DNA of 32,000 bases from Paracoccus suum (lineage in GTDB: Bacteria; Pseudomonadota; Alphaproteobacteria; Rhodobacterales; Rhodobacteraceae): positions 2,070,001 to 2,102,000 of the forward strand of contig NZ_CP030918.1 of assembly GCF_003324675.1 (NCBI RefSeq), written 5' to 3'. Of this stretch, positions 1 through 7,296 are shown one piece after another. Each line of letters opens with the position of its first letter. The first letter of the stretch is position 1. The notes under the pieces are model-generated. The model saw only the letters and a program-made list of their open reading frames with translations, did not search any database and had not been told where the DNA came from. The translations under genes were made by a program, and so were the position numbers.

Positions 1-2
1 GC

Positions 3-2093
3 GCGCGCCGCTACAAAATCCAGGAAGTCATCAAGGTCCGGCAGATCATGCTGGTCCAGGTCGTCAAGGAAGAGCGCGGCAACAAGGGCGCGGCGCTGAC
101 CACCTATCTGTCGCTCGCTGGCCGCTATTGCGTGTTGATGCCCAACACAGCGCGCGGCGGCGGTATCAGCCGCAAGATCACCAATGCCGCAGACCGCAAG
201 AAGCTGAAGGACATCGCGGGCGAGCTGGAGGTGCCGCAGGGTGCCGGCCTGATCATCCGCACCGCTGGCAGCCAGCGGACCCGGACCGAGATCCGGCGCG
301 ACTACGAATACCTGATGCGCCTGTGGGAGCAGATCCGCGAACTGACCTTCCGCTCGATCGCGCCGGCGCCGATCTATGAGGAAGGCGATCTGACCAAGCG
401 CGTGATCCGGGATCTCTACTCCAGCGAGATCGACGAGATCCTAGTCGAGGGCGAGCGCGGCTATCGCACCGCGCGCGACTTCATGGCGATGATCATGCCC
501 GACCAGGTCCGGACGGTGAAGCATTACACCGACCCCATGCCCCTCTTCTCGCGCTATCAGGTGGAAAGCTACCTGACCGGCATGTTCAATCCGGTCGTTC
601 AACTGAAGTCGGGCGGCTATATTGTCATCGGCATCACCGAGGCGCTGGTCGCCATCGACGTGAACAGCGGCCGGGCGACCAAGGAAGGCAGCATCGAGGA
701 TACCGCCTACAAGACCAACTGCGAGGCGGCCGACGAGGTCGCGCGCCAGTTGCGCCTGCGCGATCTGGCCGGCCTGATCGTCATCGACTTCATCGACATG
801 GACGAGCGGCGCAACAACGCCGCGGTGGAAAAGCGGTTCAAGGACAGGCTGAAGACCGACCGCGCGCGCATCCAAGTCGGCCGCATCAGCGGCTTTGGCC
901 TGCTCGAGATGTCGCGCCAGCGGCTGCGTCCCGGCATGCTGGAATCGACCACCCAGCCCTGCCAGCACTGCCACGGCACCGGCCTGATCCGCTCAGACGA
1001 CAGCCTGGCGCTGTCGATCCTGCGCGGCATCGAGGAGGAAGGCACGCGCAAGCGCTCGCGCGAGGTGCTGGTCCGTGCGCCGGTCGCGGTGGCGAACTTC
1101 CTAATCAACCAGAAGCGCGAGCATATCGCACTGATCGAGGCGCGCACCGCAATGTCCGTGCGGATCGAGGCCGACCCGGCGCTGATCTCCCCTGACTGGT
1201 CGCTGGAAAAGTTCAAGACAGCAACCCGGATGCTGGCCGAACCGTCAGAGCGCCATGCGCTGTCCGTCGATGCCTCGCTGATGGCTGCCATCGATGACGA
1301 GGGCGACGACGATACCGCAGCGCGGATCGCTGCCGAGGCCGCGGCCGACGCTGCGGACCGCGCCGCCTTCGAGGCCGAAGCCGCAGCAGCGGCCGAGGGT
1401 GCCGATGTCGTGGGAGAAGCGGAGAGCGACGACACCGAGGACGGTGGCGAAGATGGCGGCCGCAACCGCCGCCGCCGCCGCCGCCGCCGGCGCGGTGGAC
1501 GGCAGGACGAGGCGGGCACCGAGGGCGAAGGAGTTGCCAGCGAGGCCGAACCCGAAATCGCGGGCGAGGACGGTGATACCGACGCGCACCCGGCGGAAGC
1601 CGCGGCCAGCGGCGAAGGTGACGAAGGCCCGCGCCGCCGCCGCCGCCGCGTGCGTGGCGGCAAATACGGCGCGGCTGCCGAAGGTTCGGCCGCGGGCTCT
1701 GCGGACGTGGACGAGGCGGCGCAGCACCTGCTAGCCCCGGCACCTGAAACGGCCGAGCTCGACGAGCAAGCTGGGGCCACGGGCGACACTGCCTCGGGCG
1801 CTGCGTCCGACGAGGCCGCGACTGTCCCGGCCGAGGCCCGCGAGATCCCGGCGGAAACCATGATTGCGCCGGTCGTGCCTGACCATGTCGAGGCAAGCAT
1901 CGAGGAGAGCCTGTCGGTTCTGGGCGAGACCCCCGTCGAGCAAACGCCGGCTGAGCAAGCTTCGGTGGTCGCCCCAGTGGCTCCTTCGCCGGTCCCGGCC
2001 CCTGCGCCCGCGGCGAATGCCGATGCCGAGCCAGCCGTCGAAGAGGCGAGTCCCAAGCCCAAGCGACGCGGCTGGTGGTCCTTCGGCGCCTGA
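3..2093 (+). CDS. rne: Ribonuclease E, 5'-truncated by the window edge (end of catalytic core plus long disordered C-terminal tail)
   Basis: The reading frame is open from base 3 (ARRYKIQEVIKVRQIMLVQVVKEERGNKGAALTTYLSLAGRY...). It carries RNase E/G family hallmarks (DVNSG..., LIVIDFIDM, CxxCxGxG Zn-link CQHCHGTG). The tail has poly-Arg segments (RNRRRRRRRRRGGR, PRRRRRRVRGG) flanked by acidic and Pro/Ala-rich stretches, typical of degradosome scaffold regions. Confidence 0.93.
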   Translation, partial: ARRYKIQEVIKVRQIMLVQVVKEERGNKGAALTTYLSLAGRYCVLMPNTARGGGISRKITNAADRKKLKDIAGELEVPQGAGLIIRTAGSQRTRTEIRRDYEYLMRLWEQIRELTFRSIAPAPIYEEGDLTKRVIRDLYSSEIDEILVEGERGYRTARDFMAMIMPDQVRTVKHYTDPMPLFSRYQVESYLTGMFNPVVQLKSGGYIVIGITEALVAIDVNSGRATKEGSIEDTAYKTNCEAADEVARQLRLRDLAGLIVIDFIDMDERRNNAAVEKRFKDRLKTDRARIQVGRISGFGLLEMSRQRLRPGMLESTTQPCQHCHGTGLIRSDDSLALSILRGIEEEGTRKRSREVLVRAPVAVANFLINQKREHIALIEARTAMSVRIEADPALISPDWSLEKFKTATRMLAEPSERHALSVDASLMAAIDDEGDDDTAARIAAEAAADAADRAAFEAEAAAAAEGADVVGEAESDDTEDGGEDGGRNRRRRRRRRRGGRQDEAGTEGEGVASEAEPEIAGEDGDTDAHPAEAAASGEGDEGPRRRRRRVRGGKYGAAAEGSAAGSADVDEAAQHLLAPAPETAELDEQAGATGDTASGAASDEAATVPAEAREIPAETMIAPVVPDHVEASIEESLSVLGETPVEQTPAEQASVVAPVAPSPVPAPAPAANADAEPAVEEASPKPKRRGWWSFGA
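1467..1493 (+). repeat. In-frame (CGC)7-CGG-CGC trinucleotide run encoding R9 in the rne tail; a second (CGC)6 run lies at 1632-1649
   Basis: Read directly from the sequence: aac cgc cgc cgc cgc cgc cgc cgc cgg cgc. The second run reads ccg cgc x6 gtg. Confidence 0.9.
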
Positions 2094-2116
2094 CACCATC
2101 GCACATGCCTTGGAGA

Positions 2117-2149
2117 GCCGCTGGTCCAGCCAGCGGCTTTCTTCTTTCT
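2117..2149 (+). terminator. Rho-independent terminator of rne
   Basis: GCCGCTGG (2117-2124) pairs with CCAGCGGC (2130-2137) and is followed by TTTCTTCTTTCT, 24 nt after the rne stop codon. Confidence 0.6.
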
Positions 2150-2435
2150 GGCAGCACGCGCGTCTCGCTGTTTCACGCCAGCACACACCTCTCGCTTTTT
2201 GGGCCAGCGCTCGCGTCTCGGCTTCAGGACGGGCGGGTAATCCACCCATTCTCATTGCCAGTCCGCGCCGCGCGTTCAACGTTTTCGATCCAGTCGGTGT
2301 GCCGACTGGCAGGATCGATCATCCTTACCGAGGGCCGGGGAAGCAGCGTAAATCGCCCGGTCTTTCTCGGCGGTCGCGTAAATGGCCGCTAACGTGGACC
2401 CCGCCAGTCGCGCATCCGATAAACCCTACCCTCAA

Positions 2436-2465
2436 CAAAAAGAGCCGCCGGTTTCCCGGCGGCTC
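2436..2465 (-). terminator. Rho-independent terminator of the EF-hand gene (potentially bidirectional)
   Basis: A 10-bp perfect stem, GAGCCGCCGG (2442-2451) / CCGGCGGCTC (2456-2465), with loop TTTC. On the minus strand it is followed by CTTTTTGTTG. It lies 24 nt beyond the stop codon at 2489. Confidence 0.65.
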
Positions 2466-2488
2466 CCTTTCTTGGGTCTTTGGCCGCC

Positions 2489-3376
2489 TCAATTGCTGGG
2501 CGCGGTCGTGCCCGGCGTCGTCGCTGCCGGAGGCGTCGCCTCGGGCGCGACCGGCGTGGCTCCGGGGGTCGCCGGGGTGTCGGTCGCTGCCGGGGCTGGC
2601 GGCGTCACGCTCGGCGCCGCGCTATCGGGAGCGGGTGTGGCCGGCGCGGTGGCATCCGGGGCGGGGGTTGAGGCGTCGGGCGCCGGGGCGGACGGCGCAG
2701 CCGCGTCGGGTGCCGGCGCGCCCGGCGCCCGCGCGTCGTTAGGCGCGCCGTCGGGGCGCGGCGGCATGCCGCCGGGGCCCATGCGCGGGCCCTTGCCACC
2801 CATGTCACCCATGCGCTTGGCCGCGGCGGCGGCCTCCGCCTGATCGATCTTGCCGTCGCCATTGGCATCGAGGCGCTGGAAGGCGCGCTCGGTCATGGGA
2901 CGCATGATCTCGACCTGCAGCGCCTCGTATTCCGGCATCTGCAGCGCGCCGTCCTTGTCGGCGTCGAACTCCGTCACCAAGGCGGCAATGCCGGCCTCGG
3001 TCTCGGCCGGGGTGATCTTGCCGTCCTTGTCGGTGTCGAAACGCTCCATCAGGCCGGGCATCATCACCATGCCGTGCCGATCGCCCTTGCGGTCCTTGCC
3101 GCCGCGCTTGCCGTCATGGCCGGGGCCGCCATGTTTGCCTTTCCGGTCCATGTGCCCCTTGCCCATGTCGTCCTTGGACATGTCGTCGGTCGCGGACGGG
3201 GCTGCAGCGTCGGCGGCCGCGGGCGCGGCGGCATCGGGTGCGGGGGTAGCGGGAGCAGCTGCGGCCGGGGGCACGGGGGTCGCCGGCGTCGGGGCTGTCT
3301 GCGCGAATGCAGGCATCGTGCCGACCAGTGCGGTCGCGGCAGCGAGGGCCAGCATGCTCATCCTGGAATTGGTCAT
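2489..3376 (-). CDS. Secreted/periplasmic EF-hand calcium-binding protein with Pro/Ala-rich linkers and a His/Gly/Met-rich segment
   Basis: Signal peptide (SMLALAAATALVGTMPAFAQ). Three canonical 12-residue EF loops: DTDKDGKITPAE, DADKDGALQMPE, DANGDGKIDQAE (nt 2834-3037). The ATG at 3376 is preceded by AGAGGAA. The ORF track begins one codon earlier, at TTG 3379. Confidence 0.85.
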   Translation of the reverse strand: MTNSRMSMLALAAATALVGTMPAFAQTAPTPATPVPPAAAAPATPAPDAAAPAAADAAAPSATDDMSKDDMGKGHMDRKGKHGGPGHDGKRGGKDRKGDRHGMVMMPGLMERFDTDKDGKITPAETEAGIAALVTEFDADKDGALQMPEYEALQVEIMRPMTERAFQRLDANGDGKIDQAEAAAAAKRMGDMGGKGPRMGPGGMPPRPDGAPNDARAPGAPAPDAAAPSAPAPDASTPAPDATAPATPAPDSAAPSVTPPAPAATDTPATPGATPVAPEATPPAATTPGTTAPSN

Positions 3377-3520
3377 CAACAGGTTCCTCTTGCTTCGGTG
3401 CCCTCAAACTGGGGCGCGTCGGTATCACAACGATCCCCGCGGCCCTTCGGTTTTGTATCAAAGTGTCATCGCGTCCACGCGACGCTCGCGCGGCGGCGGC
3501 CCGCCGCTTATCCTCGGGAC

Positions 3521-4276
3521 ATGAGCCTGCCGCACATCCTGGTCGTCGATGACCACCGCGAGATCCGTGACGCCGTCACCCGCTATCTGGAACGCAACGG
3601 GATGCGCACCAGTGCCGCGCGCGATGCGGCCGAGATGGACGTCCGTCTGGCCGAGGCGCGGGTCGACCTGGTGGTGCTTGACCTGATGATGCCGGGCGAG
3701 GACGGGCTCTCGGCCTGCCGCCGCCTTGCTGCGGCGGGCGGACCGCCGGTGCTGATGCTGACCGCCCTAGGCGACGATACCGACCGCATCGTCGGGCTGG
3801 AAATCGGGGCCGACGACTACTTGCCCAAGCCCTTCAACCCGCGCGAGTTGCTGGCCCGGATCAAGGCCATCTTGCGCCGTGCCGAGCGCCCCGAGCCGCT
3901 CGCCGGCGGCCTGACCGGCAGCGCCGTCGCCTTTGCCGGCTGGGTGCTGGACACTGATCGGCAAACCCTGAGTCGCGAGCCGGATGTCGCGGACGACGGA
4001 GCGGCCAATGCCGAGGCCGACAGTGAGGCCATGCGCCTGACCACTGCCGAGTTTCGCCTGCTGACGACGCTGCTGGAGCGTCCGCGCCGCGTCCTGTCGC
4101 GCGAAACCCTGCTCGACGCGGTCAGTGGCCGCCAGCCCGCCGCCTTCGATCGCAGTATCGACAACCTCGTCAGCCGCCTGCGCCGCAAGATCGAGGCCGA
4201 TCCCGCCAACCCGGCGATAATCTCTACGGTGCGCGCCGGCGGCTACTGCCTGACCGCAGACGTGAGGCGGTTGTGA
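3521..4276 (+). CDS. OmpR-family response regulator (receiver plus winged-helix domain)
   Basis: MSLPHILVVDDHREIRD..., LDLMMPGEDGLSACRRL, DRIVGLEIGADDYLPKPFNPRELLARI, FDRSIDNLVSRLRRKIE. From memory this closely resembles E. coli OmpR. The ORF-track start at 3074 is an unsupported upstream extension running through the divergent promoter. Confidence 0.93.
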   Translation: MSLPHILVVDDHREIRDAVTRYLERNGMRTSAARDAAEMDVRLAEARVDLVVLDLMMPGEDGLSACRRLAAAGGPPVLMLTALGDDTDRIVGLEIGADDYLPKPFNPRELLARIKAILRRAERPEPLAGGLTGSAVAFAGWVLDTDRQTLSREPDVADDGAANAEADSEAMRLTTAEFRLLTTLLERPRRVLSRETLLDAVSGRQPAAFDRSIDNLVSRLRRKIEADPANPAIISTVRAGGYCLTADVRRL

Positions 4277-5727
4277 CCGAGCCCGCTGACCGCGGCCCGC
4301 TCATCCCCCTGCCCACCAGCCTGCGGGGCCAGCTGCTTCTGGCGGTGCTTCTGGCCCTCGCGGTGGCGCAGGCGATCAGCGCGGCCATCACTGTCGTAAC
4401 CCGGACCGAGGCGGTGCGCGCCGCGCAGATCGGCGAGGCCCTCGACCGGACTGCGGCTCTGATCTTTGTCCTCGACCGCACGCCTCGCGATCTGCACGCC
4501 AACCTGCTGCGGGCGACAGAAACGCCGTTGACGCAATTGGCTATCGAGGCACGCCCGACCCTCGACAGCGACGGCCCGGGGTTGAAGCGCGCGCGGCGTC
4601 GCCTGGCGGCGGCGATGTCGGACGTGGGTGAGCGCACCATGCGCATGGCGCTGACCGACATCAGCGGCGCGCAGGTCATTGCCCCGCCTCAGCCGCCACC
4701 GCAACGCCTCGACCGCGACGGCCGCATGCGGCGCAGGCCGCCGCCGGACAGCGTCGATCCGCGCGCGCTGACGATCAGCTTGCAACTGGCTGATGGCGAC
4801 TGGCTGAACGCCGAGATCCGCTTTCCGCGACCTGATCACAGCCTGCCGGTGCTGCCGCTGGTCAGCTTCATTCTCGCCGCTGCCGCCATCGGCGTCGCGC
4901 TGTGGCTGACGCTGGGGCGGATGCTGGGACCGCTGCGCCGCCTCGCCGGCGCGGCCGAGCGTCTCGGCCGCGGCGAGGAGGTGGGTGATCTGCCCGCCAC
5001 CGGCCCCTTCGAGATGCGTGCCCTGACCGAAGCCTTCAACCAGATGCAGCAGCGCCTCCATCGGATGGTCAGCGACCGCACGCAGATGCTGGCCGCGCTC
5101 GGCCATGACCTGCGCTCGCCCCTGACTGCGCTGCGGGTGCGGGCCGAGATGGTCGATGACGACGAAACCCGCGAGCGGCTGCTGATCTCGCTGGCCGAGA
5201 TGGGCGAGATGGTCGAGCAGACGCTGACTTATGCCCGCGGCGTCTGGACCCGCGAGGCGGTCGAGAGCGTCGACGCCCGCGATCTGTTGCGCGATCTGGA
5301 GGACGAGGGCGAGCACAAGGGCGTCGGCATGCGGCTGGTCCTGCCCGATGCGCCAGTGATGCTGCGCCTGCGCCCCGCCACGATCCGGCGCGCGCTGCGC
5401 AACCTGATCGACAACGCCCGCCGATATGGCGGCGCGGCGGATGCGGTCGAGATCACCCTGCGGGCCGGTGCGCAGACCGCCACGATCGAGATCGCCGACC
5501 GTGGCCCCGGCATCCCGGAGGCAGAACTGCCCCGCATGTTCGACCCGTTCGTGCGGCTCGAGGCGTCACGCTCGCGCGAGACGGGGGGCACGGGGCTGGG
5601 CCTCTCGATCGCGCGGAGCATCGTGCAGGCGCATGGCGGCGAGGTAACCCTGCTCAATCGTCCCGGCGGCGGGCTGATCGCGCGGCTGACGCTGCCGCGT
5701 CCCGTTGAGGCGGCGGTAGAGGGCTGA
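4273..5727 (+). CDS. Sensor histidine kinase (two TM segments, periplasmic loop, HAMP, HisKA, HATPase_c)
   Basis: The GTG start overlaps the regulator's stop codon (GTGA), suggesting translational coupling. H-box LGHDLRSPLTAL, N-box NLIDNARRYG, G-boxes DRGPGIP and GTGLGLSIARSIV. Hydrophobic segments at about aa 20-40 and about aa 195-215. Confidence 0.92.
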   Translation: MTEPADRGPLIPLPTSLRGQLLLAVLLALAVAQAISAAITVVTRTEAVRAAQIGEALDRTAALIFVLDRTPRDLHANLLRATETPLTQLAIEARPTLDSDGPGLKRARRRLAAAMSDVGERTMRMALTDISGAQVIAPPQPPPQRLDRDGRMRRRPPPDSVDPRALTISLQLADGDWLNAEIRFPRPDHSLPVLPLVSFILAAAAIGVALWLTLGRMLGPLRRLAGAAERLGRGEEVGDLPATGPFEMRALTEAFNQMQQRLHRMVSDRTQMLAALGHDLRSPLTALRVRAEMVDDDETRERLLISLAEMGEMVEQTLTYARGVWTREAVESVDARDLLRDLEDEGEHKGVGMRLVLPDAPVMLRLRPATIRRALRNLIDNARRYGGAADAVEITLRAGAQTATIEIADRGPGIPEAELPRMFDPFVRLEASRSRETGGTGLGLSIARSIVQAHGGEVTLLNRPGGGLIARLTLPRPVEAAVEG

Positions 5728-5908
5728 GGCAGACAACGCGATTGCGCGGTGCGTCGGCGCGGCCCCCTTGGCGGGGATGCCGCCGTTCCGGGTCGATAAA
5801 GGTTCTGCGAGATCTGGCGTCATCCGCTTGACGATATGGCGCGCCCCGGCGTCCAATTCCGCAGCCTTGTGAACGCCGGCTTTCCGCCGCCCGACTGAGG
5901 AGAGAAGC

Positions 5909-6325
5909 ATGAAATCCGCCCTCGCTGTGACCCTGACCGCCCTGACGCTTGGCGCCAGTGCCACCTTGGCCCAGACCACTGCCACGCCTGCCGCGCCGGA
6001 AGCCGCACCGATGGATCATGCCGCCATGGACCATTCTGCCATGGCCGAGCCGGCGATCCCTGAGGACGCCACGCCTTCGACCCGCGCCTACATGGAGGCG
6101 ATGGACAAGATGCATGGTGACATGATGATCGATTACACCGGCGATGCGGATGTGGATTTCGTAAAGGGCATGATCCCGCACCACCAAGGCGCCATCGACA
6201 TGGCCAAGATTGTCCTCAAGGACGGCAAGGACGCGCAGATCCGCAAGCTTGCCGAGGAGGTCATCAAGGCTCAGGAGGCCGAGATCGAGACCATGAAGGC
6301 GTGGCTGGCGGCCCACGGCCACTAG
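5909..6325 (+). CDS. Secreted DUF305-family (ferritin-like four-helix) protein with an N-terminal Met/His motif
   Basis: RBS GAGGAGA lies 5 nt upstream of the ATG. Signal peptide MKSALAVTLTALTLGASATLAQ. It carries the DUF305 signature MIPHHQGAIDMAK and an MDHAAMDHSAM motif (nt ~6008-6049). Confidence 0.85.
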   Translation: MKSALAVTLTALTLGASATLAQTTATPAAPEAAPMDHAAMDHSAMAEPAIPEDATPSTRAYMEAMDKMHGDMMIDYTGDADVDFVKGMIPHHQGAIDMAKIVLKDGKDAQIRKLAEEVIKAQEAEIETMKAWLAAHGH

Positions 6326-7068
6326 GCGCCCCGCTGCGCCAGAAACTCGGCCGCCCGCGCACTGGAGGGGGCGGTGAAAAAGCACTCGGTCGCGGCGACC
6401 TCGACTACCTGGCCGCGATCCATGAACACCACGCGGTCGGCATTCTGGCGCACGAAATCCAACGATTCCACGGCGCTGAGCATGGTAGTCCCTGCGGCCT
6501 TGACCTCCGACATCAGGTTCAGGACCGCCTGCGCCTCCGCGCCCGAGAGGCAGGAGGCAGGGTCGTCCAGCAGCGTCACCTCGCCCCGCGCCGCGACCGC
6601 CCTCGCAATCGCCGCCCGCTGCTGGTCGGCCACGCCAAGGCTCTCCGTCATCCGCGCCATTATCGCCCCGAGGCCAAGGCGATCCAACACTTCGGCCGCC
6701 TCTTCCTCGGCGACCGTGGGCTTCGTATCACCCTGCGCAGCCGTACTGGCGCAGCAGCTCAGCACGGTGCAGCCGGCTGGCAAATCCGGCTCGGCCGCGA
6801 CAAACGGCAGGCGGCGGCGCATGCGCGCCAGAAGCTCGGGCGGAGGCGGGGCAGGCGCTGCAATGAATTCGCCCGCGACCTCGACTCGGCCGCGCTGAAA
6901 GCTGTCGAGCTCGCGCAGGCAGCGCAGCAGCATCGCCTTGCCGCTGCCCGAGGGGCCGATCAGCGCCACATGCTCGCCGGGCTCGATTCCCAAGGAAATG
7001 CCGCGCAGCGCGGGAAAGGCACCAAGTTGGCGGCAGAGGCCAGTGATCTGCAGGGCCGGACGGCTCAT
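6322..7068 (-). CDS. Orphan ABC-transporter ATPase-like protein (polar amino-acid importer GlnQ/HisP type) with degenerate catalytic motifs; possibly a pseudo-ATPase or decaying gene
   Basis: MSRPALQITGLCRQLGAFPALRGISLGIEPGEHVALIGPSGSGKAMLLRCL shows the ABC NBD fold signature. However, Walker A ends KA rather than KS/T. The signature LSGGQ is replaced by SLGVADQQR. Walker B reads LLDDP with no catalytic Glu. The H-switch His is absent (SAVES). There is no permease or binding-protein gene adjacent. The start was set at ATG 7068, not the track's 7146. Confidence 0.7.
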   Translation of the reverse strand: MSRPALQITGLCRQLGAFPALRGISLGIEPGEHVALIGPSGSGKAMLLRCLRELDSFQRGRVEVAGEFIAAPAPPPPELLARMRRRLPFVAAEPDLPAGCTVLSCCASTAAQGDTKPTVAEEEAAEVLDRLGLGAIMARMTESLGVADQQRAAIARAVAARGEVTLLDDPASCLSGAEAQAVLNLMSEVKAAGTTMLSAVESLDFVRQNADRVVFMDRGQVVEVAATECFFTAPSSARAAEFLAQRGA

Positions 7069-7121
7069 CCCCGGACCCGCCGCGGCAGGGCGGGGACGGT
7101 TAGGACAATGATGCCGTTTGC

Positions 7122-7150
7122 GTGATCTGTCATGGACATGACGCAATCAC
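7122..7150. promoter_or_regulatory. 29-bp imperfect palindrome in the divergent ABC-ATPase / protease intergenic region (candidate operator)
   Basis: GTGAT-ct-GTCATG-ga-CATGAC-gca-ATCAC. The core GTCATG/CATGAC is a perfect 6-2-6 inverted repeat. Confidence 0.3.
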
Positions 7151-7296
7151 CCCGCCGCGAGAATGTCGAGAGGGCGGATATGCGTTCACCTGCCGATCCG
7201 CGCGGCGGGACAAACTGCCTCAATATTTAGCGGTCCCGCTGACGAATTTGCGCGGCCGTGCCATAGCGCGACGAACAGTCTCGCACGGATGGCCGG

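Noticed and set aside
2238-2246. DnaA-box-like TAATCCACC
   Set aside because: It is a single 7/9 match with no cluster of boxes, no AT-rich unwinding element and no origin-typical neighbouring genes.
707-2279. Minus-strand ORFs (512, 314, 182 and 160 aa) overlapping rne
   Set aside because: These are mirror-image low-complexity translations (Ser/Ala/Arg/Pro) of the rne tail. The rne frame is unambiguous.
2284-2295. 12-mer TTCGATCCAGTC shared with 30904-30915, considered as a dispersed repeat or REP element
   Set aside because: Only 12 nt are identical and the flanks are unrelated. Tens of such matches are expected by chance in 32 kb on two strands.
2500-2830. GC-rich quasi-repetitive DNA (PAPD-type units), considered as a non-coding tandem repeat
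   Set aside because: It is in frame with, and part of, the EF-hand protein's Pro/Ala-rich C-terminal linker. The units are imperfect.
3074-3520. N-terminal extension of the response-regulator ORF (track start 3074)
   Set aside because: The extension overlaps the EF-hand gene and the divergent promoter. Receiver-domain homology begins at the ATG at 3521.
4243-5316. 357-aa minus-strand ORF opposite the histidine kinase
   Set aside because: It has no motifs, whereas the plus frame contains the H, N and G boxes.
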